Assembly: GCA_002633005.1 (NCBI GenBank)
Contig: NMRA01000066.1
Span: 186,001-250,000, forward strand
DNA: 64,000 bases
Direction: 5' to 3'
DNA from: Phoronis australis
Taxonomy: Eukaryota > Animalia > Phoronida
Both the position numbers and the translations under genes were made by a program. The notes beneath the pieces are model-generated. The model had not been told where the DNA came from. It worked only from the letters and a program-made list of their open reading frames with translations, and did not search any database. The stretch's first letter is position 1. Each line of letters begins with the position of its first letter. Shown piece after piece: positions 22,401 through 34,559 of the stretch.

Positions 22401-25400
22401 TCGCTCGGACGGTAATACGTAAATTAATTATATTTACTACACAAGCACAGGTGTTGTCAAGGTTAGAAGCAGACAGAATTTTCGTTCTACTATTGGTGGA
22501 AGCATATACCACATGAAACTAACAGTTTCAGTAGACTAAATGCTATAACACCGAGCACCTATGTAGTGCTGTAGTGGGGCGTAGGCGCACGTAGGCGCAG
22601 CCAATCACCTTTTGGCATTTGATCATAGCGCCTACACACCCTAACTTACGTTCACTGCTCATGGTGGTACGGTGGGCTTTGGGTGCCTACTTACTTCTTA
22701 CTTTACCACTACAGTACTGCGGCCTATGACACCTGACAGATTACCGACGACTCAGCAAAACTTACTCGTGTATTAAAAAATCAACACTAATTCAGCTGCG
22801 TGATTATTCCTAATATTCGCAAGCTGTTGCATTGGTCGCGCTTAAAATATCACCGAGACAGAATAAAGTCTGGAGGCTTTGTCGTTTGTTTTCGTACTTA
22901 AATCCCAATTCTCTAAACAAAAAAACTGTCAAATCACATCCCCGGGATCACAGTTTGAACACAAGACTTCCGAACATCTGAAATATTGGATCTTACCTGA
23001 CACATTTAATTTTAGCAGGAACTGTTGATTTGTCAGCGCATCGGACAAAATCCTCATTCCCTCCCCTTCTATATTATTTCCCGTCAAATTCTAAAATGGA
23101 AGAAAATTGTTTATGCAGCAGCCCATGCAGTTCAATGTAAATCACATTCAGTCGATGTTCTAAACCATGGTTGTTGTTTCCACTGTTTTCTTGTTGCATG
23201 CTTCCAATTCAGTGGACTTGATAATTTATGCGCATGAGACCGTCCGCACCAATCAGTAGAGGCAGTGCGGACGCTCCTCTAACTAGGCACAGCCTGCAAT
23301 GTCAAAATTGAAATTGTTGAACTTTGTGGCCAGTCTTGCTGGAAACATTGTCTTTACACCAAGAGGTGTTTTTATCGGAATTTTACTTAGAACCATTTGT
23401 TTGTTTAATTGGCGTGTCGCAAGAGACGTAACTAACTTGAGCTTTGAGTGCGAATAGAAAATATATTTGTCCGAAACTCAGCTCATCTTCGGTGTCACCA
23501 ATTTTGTTTTCTTTCTCGGTCGTCAGAAATTGCCATTTGAGAACAAATGTAATAACCATCAATAACACGGCCCAACGTTTCCCATCCTGTAAAATTATTC
23601 TATCTTATAACAAGTTTCGCACTAATCGACGTACAGAGCGTCACTGCCTCAATCCGACCATATACACTGACATATATATAGGTCCTCTACATAGAAGTCT
23701 AACATACCAATTCTGTGATTGTGAAATTTACGTCCAACATTTCACATATTGCCGCAACGCCCTCGGTCTCAACGTTCGTATATTCTAAATTCAGAGACTG
23801 TACACAACGATTTTTCTGAAAACAAGAGAGATGCAAATGATTTGAAAGAGTTCTTGACAACCAAGTTATCCAATAAATAACAAAGTTATCTTGGGTTCCT
23901 TTCTTTCAGAGCATCAAAGAAATTCCATTCATGCATTGACTATGGCTCCCGTCGTTTCCTCCTTAAAGGGACTTTATCGACGAGAGAAGTGATTTTCTGA
24001 GATATCGAGCGCAAACAGCGTGCAATCAAACACCCAACTCCTGCACTCGCAGTTTGACTGCTCGAGGAGTTAAATCACTGTGTATGAATAGCAGAATTGG
24101 CGATTCGTGATAGAATCACGTAGTTCAATGTTTTATTGCTCTGGTCAAAAATAATAACTTCGAGGAGCCAATCCCATCTAACAGTAGCCCCCAAAATGCG
24201 TTGTCGACCGTAAAACTAATACTATCCCTTTAAAGCTGAATGTGTTAATAGCTTCACGATATACAGTAAAAGCAATTCCATATTTAAATAAACAGTCAAA
24301 TTTAAGATTTATTAGTTTTGAATGCTTAGATTTTAATTCGAGCGCATAGAGAGACAGTTGTAAATTCAAGTGCACACTAACACTTGTTGCTCACACATTT
24401 TCTACACATTTTAAACTTGAACTGTTGAACAACACAATCGTATTTGTTGGTCAATCAACTTACTATCAAAGCGACTGCAACGGCTTTTGCCCCTCCTGCC
24501 CCTAAAGAGCGATGTCGAACTGAGAGCTCAGGTTCCTCCAGTTTCCGTGTGATAGACCCGATGGCGTGAACACCAAACCTGACAACACACGTGAAATTTT
24601 TGGAGTGAGTGCATAACACCGGCGCATACGTGTCAAAAAGAACGCAAGAACTCGCAGATCATTTTGCGTTTAACGTAAATGTTCTTTCGTTCTGCGATGA
24701 ACAAAGTTACTGCGTCAAATGTTGTCAAATCGTCTTTTCAAATTGCATTCAATTCAATAGCTGACCCATAAATTAATCACGTCTATTCCTATAGTTTCTG
24801 ACACAAATGACATTCTATCATTGAACTGCATCATTATCATGTACCCAATCTATAAATTTATTGTTAGTTGTAAGCGAAACGGATTTTAATGTTTAGACTT
24901 CTTATCTAGGCGAGGAAATTTTTACGAGAATCACAACTTTTCGATAAAAGAAAACTTCGTGGACGCGACAGTTGTGCCCTGATTGTTGCCACGTACGCAG
25001 TTCAAGACAACAACCACGACAGCCTTTTCTCTGTAATACTCCAAGAGTGTCCACTAGTGCCACCTACCGGTAACAGGCGTCTTCGTATTTTACTTTGTAT
25101 TTCTTGGTTATTTTTTCCTCCGTCAAGTCCTCGGTACTGGTGGTCCCAGGTTCAACTGCAACAAACCACATATAGGCACCATATCTTTACAATTTTCATC
25201 CGTAACCAGAAACTTTACCCATGCTGACTTAAGGGAAGATAAACAGCAAATTCATTTACGTGTTCTTCAAGCTTTGCAAACCATGCACAATTTATGCTTA
25301 AACAAGTCTTATTTAGACCTTTATATTTACATGTTTTGTACAAAATTGAGTGAATATTAGGACACCTAAAACCAGGACAAAAAGAGTTAACGTCTCGGCT

Positions 25401-27389
25401 ACAATCTTAATCAACAACGAGTCTCTTAACGCATAGTCTATGCCATGGACGTCTTCTGTTGATACGATATAATGTGTTTCTATTAAAAGTGACATACCAC
25501 GAACACGAAATCATTACAATATGTAATAATAAACCTTCATTGCCTAGTAGTCGCCTTGTATTGCCACTGGCGTATGTGGCGTCATCATTTACTTAACGTT
25601 TTTTTGTTAAAAAGCACTCAAGAACAAACAAGTTGAATATATTTTCCGATCTTATTTGCACAGACATTCTCTTAAGCAAATATAACGAAAATGTTTAAAC
25701 TTAAAACTAACTTTAGGCTAGTATCACGTTTAGTGACGAAAGTTAGAAAAACGTCTGTCAAGTATTCGATAAGCGAAAATAACTGTTGAGTGTTACGATA
25801 ATGACAAATTCATTTTCATAGAAATTTTAAATTTGCAAATTTCACAGGGAGATGTAGCAAGTGACCCCTAAAGTTCTTTTTGTTTTTTCATAAATTTCAT
25901 TTCAAACTTCGATTATTGAGAGTAACGAGAAAGCAAGCCATTCTTAAACGCACGAAGTTCGGTCAAAGATTTCTCCACAGCTCGTCAGGTGAGACGCAAA
26001 AGTTGTTTTGAGAACGTTCATGATTGCACAAAGCATTCGCATAGCCACTATCGAAACGTCGTGGAAAATCGTACATAGAGGTTGGTTGAAATAGACTAAA
26101 CATTAGAATAACTTTGTACGGTTCTACTACAACCTCACCTTCTGAAAGTGGCTTTAGGAGGTTGGCGCTGATCTTTGTTACCTCTGACACAAGACCCGAA
26201 TATTGAAGGATTGTGTTAGATGTAAATTACGGTGAGACATCGATTGTAACTGCTGCAGACCCGCGTTCCGTCAAAGTAACGATTTTTATTTAAATCATTC
26301 GCCGCTGTAAAACTGATCTCAACTTTTTCCTTACTTAGACGAGAATTGGTTTCTGGCTTGAAAAGAACTTATAGTTCAATCTTGCTTGAGTCTGTTACGG
26401 CGCATCAAGTGACACTCTACGACATTTCAAGTTATAGAGCCTAGTCTCGAGGGGCAACGAGAAATTATTTCTTTTCAACCATATATCAGCACTAATACTT
26501 TGTGCAAGAAGTAAACAATTTCATTAATGACTGTGGTTTAAATCAGTCACCTTTGACGGAAGTCAGACTTATAGCAACATAAATTTACGTCATGTTCTAA
26601 TGTGCAGTATGCTATCTCGTTCTTATACTAACTATAGACTTAAACTAGTTTTTCACTCCAGGGACTTTCGTGGCATAAGTAATACTTTGACTACCCAAAC
26701 TAAGCCACTGTGACGCAATCGTAAAGTATCTGTTTTGAAGCACGGAAAAACTATCAGTTTTTTTCAAGCCTATCAATCATCTTTAGTCGAGGTAAGGAAC
26801 ACGATTATTTAGATAACATAACGGTAGTTAGCCTAGATCAAAAGTTGTTTTACATAAAGCGGCGCTTTAATACACCTTTAAATGGTGAAACATCGGAATT
26901 TTCTATGGGTGATTTACTGTTTTCAACGATCTGATGACCTCGAAATTAACAGAGGAAAAATAGAGATAAAGTTTATCTCAGACTGAAGCAATCCTCAAAT
27001 ACTTATGTAATAGCATAACAATTACCGTCACTCATGATGTCATAACCTGTAAATGTGAACTCTCGGTTTGGTGGAGGTATTAGAGGAGGCGGAGAACTCT
27101 TCGTGTCATTGTCGTCTGTATTCTCGCCATTTAGACTTTCAGCTTCACGATCACTCTTTTCACTGTGATTCTTGAACTCATTTGCAATATCACTGAACGC
27201 TTTTAGAGATTGCTTTCTGGACGCACCAGCGGCAGTTTTGCATTCATTCGAATCAGCGTTCCATTCTTTGCTTGCATTGGGCTCGTCAAGTTTTGGATGA
27301 TTGCTGGCAACAAGAAGTCCGTGCGCCAGGGAGGGCATTCTGGGAAGTTTAAAGTTCTCTCCATCGTTGACTTTTCTTGATTCTGACAT
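13401..27389 (-). CDS. LRRC74: LRRC74A/B-like leucine-rich repeat (RI-like) protein with two C-terminal EF-hands, ~600 aa, 14 coding exons
   Basis: Exons in transcript order, all GT-AG and phase-consistent: 27389-27026, 26183-26139 (tentative 45-nt exon), 25155-25068 (KYEDACYR), 24578-24464 (RHRSLGAGGAKAVAVALI), 23815-23708 (KNRCVQSLNLEYTNVETEG), 23090-22997 (NLTGNNIEGEG), 21740-21691, 21108-21027 (SHNEFGENGG), 20276-20191 (LDLSWNHIRGPGAIAIAEGL), 19528-19334 (LNLSWNGFGLDGA..LDLTCNRL), 16240-16145 (LAKNPF..LEFLDLT), 15751-15491 (EF-hand DTDGSNSVSRDEF), 15164-15079 (EF-hand DTDGDGEVDLA), 13533-13401 (basic tail, TAA). Total 1803 nt. Motif order parallels LRRC74 family proteins. An acceptor at 27446-27447 implies a non-coding upstream exon. 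Confidence 0.85.
15797..15860. repeat. 25-bp tandem repeat (~2.5 copies) containing GATA and CACGTG motifs
   Basis: gaacggtgataaaacgcacacgtgt gaacggagataaaacgtgcacgtgt gaacggagataaaac. Confidence 0.75.
17393..17631 (-). repeat. 117-bp-period tandem duplication with preserved reading frame, in an LRRC74 intron
   Basis: Copies at 17393-17505 and 17510-17631. On the - strand they encode CTDRDAGTRDLLHGASGAGTLTSANLVLETLSQHHSNQFK / CTARDARTRDLQHDA---EHLTNANLVLETLSKQFSNQFK. Confidence 0.8.
17739..19061 (+). mobile_element. Kolobok-type non-autonomous transposon with ~310-bp inverted arms, inserted in an LRRC74 intron
   Basis: TTAA (17735-17738) + AGGCGAAGGCAACCTTTTTTCATGTC ... GACATGAAAAAAGGTTGCCTTCGCCT + TTAA (19062-19065). 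Arms 17739-~18051 and ~18760-19061 are roughly 90% complementary by eye. A THAP remnant lies inside. Confidence 0.9.
18005..18290 (+). pseudogene. Frameshifted THAP domain (Kolobok transposase N-terminus)
   Basis: MPRCCCVPGCTHYRLTRALGTLHRFPKDETLRRTWL... then a frameshift near 18180 into VCGKHFLPSDYDRNVYAELMKVPAKQRLKKGTIPSL. The full THAP signature (CxxxxC, FP, W, CxxHF, AVPT-like box) lies across two frames. No DDE domain follows. Confidence 0.85.
22564..22719. mobile_element. Small hAT-like MITE
   Basis: (T)AGTGCTGTAGTGG at 22564 vs CCACTACAGTACTG ending 22719. Both flanks contain CCTATG, a possible decayed 8-9-bp TSD. Confidence 0.45.
23967..24229. mobile_element. Kolobok-like MITE candidate
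   Basis: TTAA-AGGGACTTTAT ... ATACTATCCCT-TTAA: short imperfect TIRs with TTAA flanks, intronic. Confidence 0.45.
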
Positions 27390-27841
27390 GTCATTGAACA
27401 CAATGATCCTACGTTGCCATAATTATTTTGATGATAATATTGAACCTGTAATACAAAGAGTAAATTTTTTTTTATAGCACAGGATGAAAAGCGGACCACA
27501 GCTAGAACTTTCCATAAAATAAATGCGTTTGCTATGAAAATTTGGTTAAAGAGGAATTTCGTTCTTAGCTGAGACGCTTTGGGGTTTAAGGCATTACCAC
27601 GCTCGCTCGATCTTGAATTGTTGCCGAATGAGCCGGCGACTCAAGTAACAGGCAATGCGTGCATGCGCTTTTTTGTATTCCGTAATTTTAGGGTTGGCTA
27701 ACCCCAATAAACTCTGAAGCGTTTTCTACAGTCGATGACGGTTTCGTTGTGATAGAACATTTTCATGGTAAGCAATGAAAGTAAAAGGTCTAATTCAGAT
27801 TTCATTCTTAAACAGTTAAACAAGGTAATTTATAACTTTAA

Positions 27842-28174
27842 AAGAAGATCAAACCCTGTGTTGGACTATAAACGACTTTCCCATCCAGTTTTCTGAAACA
27901 AAATGCTCTGTAACCTTCGGAAATTCTCAAAAGTGTCGAGGAAAATTTGAAAACTCCTTTCAAAATCTGCTAAATGGGCAAGCCTGACCTACGATTTTAG
28001 CGAATTACAAGGTAAGACCACCCACCAAGGACCGTAATGTCTAATTCGTGAAATAGGGAGTATGATTTTTTAGTTCATTGTTATCTTTATCTTTCAAGGT
28101 TCACGTCAATGACACATTAGCAGGTGACAGAGAGATGCTTGGTTAAAATCACCAAAACAGGATTTAGTATCCTT
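27842..28174. mobile_element. Kolobok-like MITE candidate
   Basis: TTAA-AAGAAGATCAAACCCTG ... CAGGATTTAGTATCCTT-TTAA (rc AAGGATACTAAATCCTG): imperfect TIRs with TTAA flanks. Confidence 0.45.
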
Positions 28175-31100
28175 TTAATGAATGAAGTTCGTCTGAAACA
28201 AGTGTTTGCTACGTGAACTGAAACAAGTATTTGCTCAGAGGGAGGCGTGAAAAAGTGCACAGACAAATCCCCTGGGCATGCATCGAAACCTGCATGCGCG
28301 ATGCGTCTGGAATTTGGGTTTTTCAGAATTGTCTTTCAACGTTTTCATGGAAAAATTAAGTGCACATGGTGTGGTGTTAGTGCTTTAATGTTTCAAGGCT
28401 GCTCATGGTGTTTTACCGAGGTATTTTCGAGTTCGATTTCGAGTAAAACAATTAGACCCCTGGACCATGTGTCATTCCTTATTCATTTGAAGATATTTGA
28501 ATGACATGATCATGATGATGGTCAATTTAACTCCTCGAGGAGGACAACTTTTCAGTGGTGAGTATTTCACAATGGAGGAATCACGGTTTGGCATATTTTT
28601 ATCAATTGAGAGCAAACGTTAGAGGCGAAAATAATTCAAGGTATCCCCACTGCTCAGTGTTCCATTGGGTTACTGCTGATGCGTCCCGCGGAAGGTGCTC
28701 ACGTGGGGTGCAACTAGTGGTCAAAGGGTCGGATTTTCGTGACCAGTTTTCCTACGAAATGGAGCCTCTTTCAAAAAGTCACCACCATATAGGGTTTGTT
28801 TTATAAGTCAGCAATTCTAGACAATTTCATAGTTTTAGCAAGAGTACTGCTCAAGAAGGCTTCAAATTCCAGTTAACTTGGTTTGTTTTGAAACTGACCA
28901 AAGCTACGGTTCTCAAGCTTGTTGAAATCTATATCAATTAGTAGACACAGCTGATGAAAAAATGAACGAAAGGGTGTTTTTTTGCATGGAAGCTCACAAT
29001 AAATGAACCTCTCAAGGGAAGCCATCCCAATTTGCCAACGGCACACGCTGTAAAAGTATAGTCAAGTGCCGGATTAATTATCCATAACGGAAATAAGCTA
29101 CAGATTACGGGACCCTGTACGAAATAGGGGGCTCCACATTCGTAATCACACGGACCTTTCAAAAGTCAGTTGTGGAGACGGAGTAGGGGTAAAAAATTGT
29201 AGCGACAGGAGGGGTAGCTCAGTAATACCTTGTTTCGACAAAGAAGAGGGTGTGAAAACTGGCAAATGGGTCAAGCTCAAATTTTTGGCGCCCAGACTTT
29301 TTATATCTCTAAATTTGACACTGTAACCATGCAAATACCCCTTCCATGCTGGCAACCAATGGTAAGACTCTCTTATTATCACAGACGCCAAAGACATGCG
29401 CTCGGGCGTCAATGCAAAACTAGCGTTTCTGGCTAAAAGTTGTGAGGGACAGTTACATGATGCCAACTTATCTTTCGTTGCTATACGCTTCAGCACGTGT
29501 CTCTACGTGCTTGTATATTTATAAAACTCTGATAAAAATCCTCACTACGAATACCCGGAATCACCGTTCAGAAAATTAAAGCAAAAAATTGAACTTCTGT
29601 GCTTTTACCTTTTGTTAACAACAAGATACAAAAACGCTATATTTTTAACTACGTACAGTAGTGACACTTGCGTATTTGAAAGACAGCGATTACTTTTCAA
29701 ATCCTGTTTTCATGTCAACATGAGGGAGACATGAAGTTAATCTATACATCACGCTTACGGTAGGTGTCAACGTTTCAGAGCGGAGGGTACTCTTCATTAC
29801 TGCAACATTTCCTTGTCTCCAATAGAAACAGGAATCTTTGGTGTTTCCAGTACATCCTCAGTATTTCTACTGTGTGTGAATATCTCATGTTGTCCATTGA
29901 TGTTGATCTTATTTCGAAAAACTGTCTTAGCCTACAATGAATTCGTCTCAAGCCAGCAGTGTCACAACACCCCTCAGTGTGCAGGGAGCGTCTCGATCGC
30001 TTCATGGAAATTCAGTTTTTGAAATTCATGTGGCCATCGAATTCTCAATTTTTCGAAACTCATTGACTCACGAAAGTCCAATTTTGAAATTCATGCAGGT
30101 TTTGGGATTCAGGCTGTGGAGGTCTGTGTATATAGACTCTTAAAAATGAAAAGGACGAAATTAGTTGCGCGGCTCCTTCGGGATATCTAATTACTACTTA
30201 CCTTTACTTCTGTTGCTCTCTCCTCTCAAAAACGTATTCAATCGTCGTTGGGGTCGTTGCACGCAAATAAATTTCTGCGGTATCCTCTCAAGTACTACTT
30301 ACTATTCACAGTATCAGTATCAATACGCTGAAGAGACAGTGCTTCTTAAATTAATGGATCTTTAAAGCTTGGTCTTAAAATTGTAGTTATTATGTCCACT
30401 TTACCTGGCCTAGTTAACCCCTTGTTTATGTCTGCCAGTTACGGGTCAACAGTAAGCCTATAGAATATACGAGTATTGGAGACTAAACGTTTTGATGCCC
30501 ACGGAGCAACTGCTTGACTACTCAAGCTAGCCATTGTGCGCCGCTGTTGAGAAATAACAAACGGCATGTGAACAGGAATAATGAACAACTATATTTGATT
30601 GTATGTCATGCAGTGTATCTAAATTAGGGCCGGGACGATAGTTTGATTTCATGATGTTGTTTGACGATTCATTTCAAGATAGCAGAAAACAGTCATTTAT
30701 TAGCTTAAGAAAATAACGTCAATTTTTGCCGAGTCGATGTTTCAGAAAAGGCAGCGGCAGAAAATCTTTTGAGCGTAACAATCCGTGTCGAGGCCCTTGC
30801 AATGACATTTTGAGTTTAGCCTATGAGCCTACCACGGTCTTGCTTGGTTAGGGTTATTTTCATCAAGACAGTCACAACAAACTAAATAACTGAAATCTCC
30901 CCGGTAGTGTAGGCCAGACTTCTTTTTGGTGTTTTTTCATGAAATCAACTGCAAACAACTTAATTCTTTACAAACACCACGCAGCAAGCTCGGGGCACTT
31001 TTAGCAATGCCATCGAGCAATTAAAACCCGCGGGAAGTGCTCATTTATGAAATAAGATTAATTCACAGTGGCTGATTTAGAGGGGCCCATGCCCACCCTA

Positions 31101-31340
31101 GAATTCTCCCAGATTCCATTTGGCAGTTCGGGGGTGCGAATGTCTGACGGGCAAAATCCTGGCCATAATGCTCTGCCATGGACCCCTAACTGACCTTTAT
31201 TCGCCCCAGGTTCAAGTGTAAGGTGTTTTACCCGCATGTTGCCACAGCGTGCCATGATAAATCTTCGTCGTGCGAACCTTCTCAATACTCGCAGACACCT
31301 CAAGCGTATAATGGCGTTTTTGATCTTCATTACGTAATTG

Positions 31341-31808
31341 TTTTCCGTTGCTCACAAATTGTTCGATTCTATTGCCCAACAAATTGGGAAGATCACCCCT
31401 GTAGCCAATCTTACACGACTGATTAACTCTATTCTGGCATTTATGGTTGGAGGGCCGGTTCTCTGTTGTTCGATAATTGCTTTAATCTCCGATCAGATCG
31501 TATCTAGCCTGACTGGGCTGTGCTGCTAAAAATAAAAGTTAAGTTATAACATATTGGAACATAAACCAATAGCATTTCTGAATTCCTTGTCAAACGCTGA
31601 TCATGTTTAGTTTTTGAATCACCAAAATCGCCCAACAACAACAGAAGTTAAGACAATCCATTCTGTCAGGTTTCAGTAACCCTTTGAAGCCTGGGAGATC
31701 ATTGGCCTGCTTGTTGTCATACGGGATACGGGACAAAAGGCTATGCTAGGCAGTTCACGAAGGAGCCAGATGTTCAGAAACCCCTCACGTCTGGAAAAGT
31801 TACTGAAC
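31341..31808 (+). repeat. Dispersed repeat, copy 1 (copy 2 at 60221-60718, same orientation)
   Basis: Long shared blocks such as ttacacgactgattaactc-attctggcatttatggttggagggcc, ctgactgggctgtgctg-taaaaataaaagttaagt and gatcatgtttagtttttgaatc-ccaaaatcgcccaac. Confidence 0.9.
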
Positions 31809-32789
31809 GTCAGAACCCCCTTCCCGTGTAAGACAACCCTTCGTTTTTGTAGCCAAACAGTGAAAATTCCATGCATCCTGGTACGTTTCTGGCACTTAGC
31901 ATGTAACTGGAGTTTTTCTTAAGATAATTAGAAACCCTTTTCAATTTCTTCACATGAACTTGGCACATAAGTTTCGTGAAACCATATTTGTGCACATCTG
32001 GGTATGGGTCACACCACCAGCAAAAATTTTGTTGGAACATCTGCTAACACACACCTTTTTAGCATACAAAAAGTGTGGTGTGTATACAGGGGTTTAGACA
32101 ACTACCAAATATTCAAGAGCATAAGGAGCACCGACGGGGCGTAAAAACTTGAATATCAGATGATCGCAATAGCTTCAAGCTGTTTAAGAACGAAGACCTG
32201 TACTGTTAGTCCGGAAATAAACATGTGTTCTGTCTCGTTACGAGAAAAACTGGCGAACGATGGTGCTCTCAGCTAATAGTCTATTATTAAAAGCCGGACA
32301 ATAAACAATTAAGTATCACTTTATTAAGCCGAATCACGTTGACAACAACTGAAAAACGTCAAATGTATAAAGAAACAAATCATTTGAAAACAGTTTCACG
32401 AAGCCAAAACATTCTGCACACCGTGGTGAAAAGATATACAGGAGCAGTTCGCAGAGGGACCAGATGTACACTGAGAGTACACAAAAACTCTGGCCTGGTC
32501 CGTCACGAGACTAAAAATACACATGTGTTTATTATCCCTATAAAAATAGTCGATCTGTCGCGGGACCAATCAGTACTGGCTGAGATAAATAGTTTTACAA
32601 AGCACACTTCGGTAAAAAACATCACAAGTTCGCCGATAGACAAGAAGTACACTGAAACTCGATATCTACACAAATCAAGCTGGCCTGGTCCGTCGCGAGA
32701 CCTAAAGCGTACTTTGCAAAAAATTTGAATCGAAAACTTCTCTCCAGACACTTTTTAATCCCCAGTGGTTGCTCATACGTGTAGTTTAC

Positions 32790-33422
32790 ACATCTGGTGG
32801 TCAACTGCTGCGAGAGATTGTCTAGGAAGGGTTTTCGCACCGTTCTGTAGTACTCACTGGAAGAAACAGGTATTGAGTACAGATTTAAGTACGCACTACG
32901 TGAAATAGATTTTGGATACGAAGCAGATAGAGTCGAGTGGAAATACAAACCAGAATCAGTTTCTGTACGCTCGTAGACCCTCTGCTGTACTGGGTAAATT
33001 TGGAATGTCTAAAAATAATTTCTATTTCGTTTTCATTATACACATGCATAAAAAACCGACATTACAACAAACTGTGTATAATTATAACTTATTACCTGGG
33101 TGTTTCTCCAGGAACGTTGGTCCTATCTTTCTGTTGTCTGGACTGCCGAGGAATCTGTACATCGGATCCAATGGTTTGCTCCTCTTAGAACCATTCTACC
33201 CAGACATCTTCGATGTTTGTTCCCAACACTTGCACTTCGTCAACTGCTGCGTCAGTAAGCTTGTACGCCTTTACAATGTCAGCGTCTCGTTTCGCAGCTC
33301 AGTTGGCACTAATCCCCCTGAGGTTACCAAGTCCATTCAAAAGACTTATAGCATGCGCAGCTAAATTTGATCCGTTCATCATGGACTACTTCACGCCTTG
33401 ACGATGTATCCCGGACCCATTT
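32790..33422 (-). pseudogene. hAT transposase remnant (P52rIPK/THAP12-ZMYM-like) with in-frame stops and one GT-AG intron
   Basis: The - strand reads ..NGLGNLRGISAN*AAKRDADIVKAYKLTDAAVDEVQVLGTNIEDVWVEWF*EEQTIGSDVQIPRQSRQQKDRTNVPGETP | intron 33095-32857 | SEYYRTVRKPFLDNLSQQLTTR. This matches the hAT pattern PR...RQ..R.NVP..TP.EYYR....PFLD.L...L..RF. Stops are at 33299-33301 and 33185-33187. Confidence 0.8.
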
Positions 33423-33433
33423 GCATCTCTTGC

Positions 33434-33552
33434 AATTTTTGAAATAAACGTCCCAATGTCTGAACGCTTGAAACCCGAAGTACTAAAATCAAATAAATGC
33501 CCACGGGCATGGGCGTTTCGTCGGGTGGGCCTTCCTGCGGAAATTCCCAGTA
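33434..33552 (-). mobile_element. Fragment of the Tc1/pogo-like MITE family seen intact at 42888-43324
   Basis: The rc reads tactgggaatttccgcagg..ccgacgaaacgcccatg..tttatttg..cagacattgggacgtttattt, colinear with the left end of 42888-43030. Confidence 0.65.
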
Positions 33553-34434
33553 TAGAAAACGGCAGTGGTGCTTATTGCAGGTAGAAACACGGTAGGTGTT
33601 GAGGTCTACACTAGGGCTCCTTAGGAGGCCTATTGAACATCGCACGAGTCCCGCAAGACTTTGTTGTGAAAATACAGCCTCCCCGCAATTTCTGGTACTG
33701 TACACCGGCTGTTCGCGAATGCGGTCACTTTGTCAATGTGAGTGCCCCCTTGGTCATTCCTTGTATAGACATAACTTGTTAGAGTGCATCTTCAAACAGA
33801 CTCGCGACCAGACCACGGCACCCGCCACAATAGCAATTCTTCGGAAAACGATTTTTTTTTCAAAAGTATTACATGTACATGTACGATATTGCGCAAGACA
33901 ACTTTACTATACACCAATCAAATTCGAGTTACAAACGCTGGTTTGGGGTGTAATAGGATGACACGGCATGACAGATGAGGTAAAAACGTTGCACGTCAAT
34001 TCGCCTGAATATCAAGAGTTGGGGCACCATAGTATTTCACCTAATCAAATCAAAACATATCTTAGACTAAAGAAACTGGTTACCTAAAAAAATCAGCTAT
34101 AGAGCTGCTCTTTCAGCGGTGGATCCATCTAAAATGCTTGGCAACTTCAGAAGTGTCGACGGAAGCGCGCACAATTGATCTCCGGGGTTTTGCCGATGAA
34201 CCACGAAAACTCGAAATGCGTTGATTTTCATAACAGCAATTCACAATGCAAAAAATATATTTTCAGAGTGAACCCCCTCATTTTTTCTAAGTTGGTTTAC
34301 TTGGGGTTTACACACGCTAGCGGTGCCATTTTGTTTTGCTAGACACGTTTTTGTTTTCTTCTAATTTTTGAGTCTTGGCCCGAGGGGGGTGGGGTGGGGT
34401 TTAAACCCCTGAACCCCCCGTAGATCCGCCACTG

Positions 34435-34553
34435 CCTGGTACACGTTGTTTGTGTAGCAGGCGGCCTGGTACACCTGGTACGTGTAGCAGGCGACCTGGT
34501 ACACATGGTACGTGTAGCAGGCGACCTGGTACAAGTTGTGTGTGTAGCAGACG
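34435..34553. repeat. 30-bp minisatellite x4 (CCTGGTACAC.TGGTACGTGTAGCAGGCGA)
   Basis: Four contiguous near-identical 30-bp units with no unique spacers. Confidence 0.9.
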
Positions 34554-34559
34554 TGCACA

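Larger units (their letters stand above)
31066..34434 (-). mobile_element. Decayed hAT-superfamily transposon (CAGTGGCGGATC-type ends); boundaries tentative
   Basis: CAGTGGCTGATTTAGAGGGG at 31066 and the rc CAGTGGCGGATCTACGGGGG ending at 34434 match at 16/20 and enclose a hAT transposase remnant on the - strand. No TSD is recoverable, and a third end-like motif at 34114 makes the pairing uncertain. Confidence 0.45.

Noticed and set aside
25313-25495. Possible additional LRRC74 exon (ETHYIVSTEDVHG...)
   Set aside because: An acceptor-like site is present but there is no convincing donor, and the gene model is phase-consistent without it.
27405-27425. RFX X-box supporting ciliary regulation of the LRRC74-like gene
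   Set aside because: Only a half-site (GTTGCCAT) is present, which is not enough to call.
31810-32040. hAT C-terminal dimerisation domain remnant (CDPYPDVH...KLKRVSNYL)
   Set aside because: Position and strand fit the decayed hAT element, but the similarity is too weak to call by eye because the ERSFS core is missing.
34435-34553. 30-bp repeats as a CRISPR array
   Set aside because: Units are contiguous with no unique spacers, there are no cas genes and the context is eukaryotic. It is a minisatellite.
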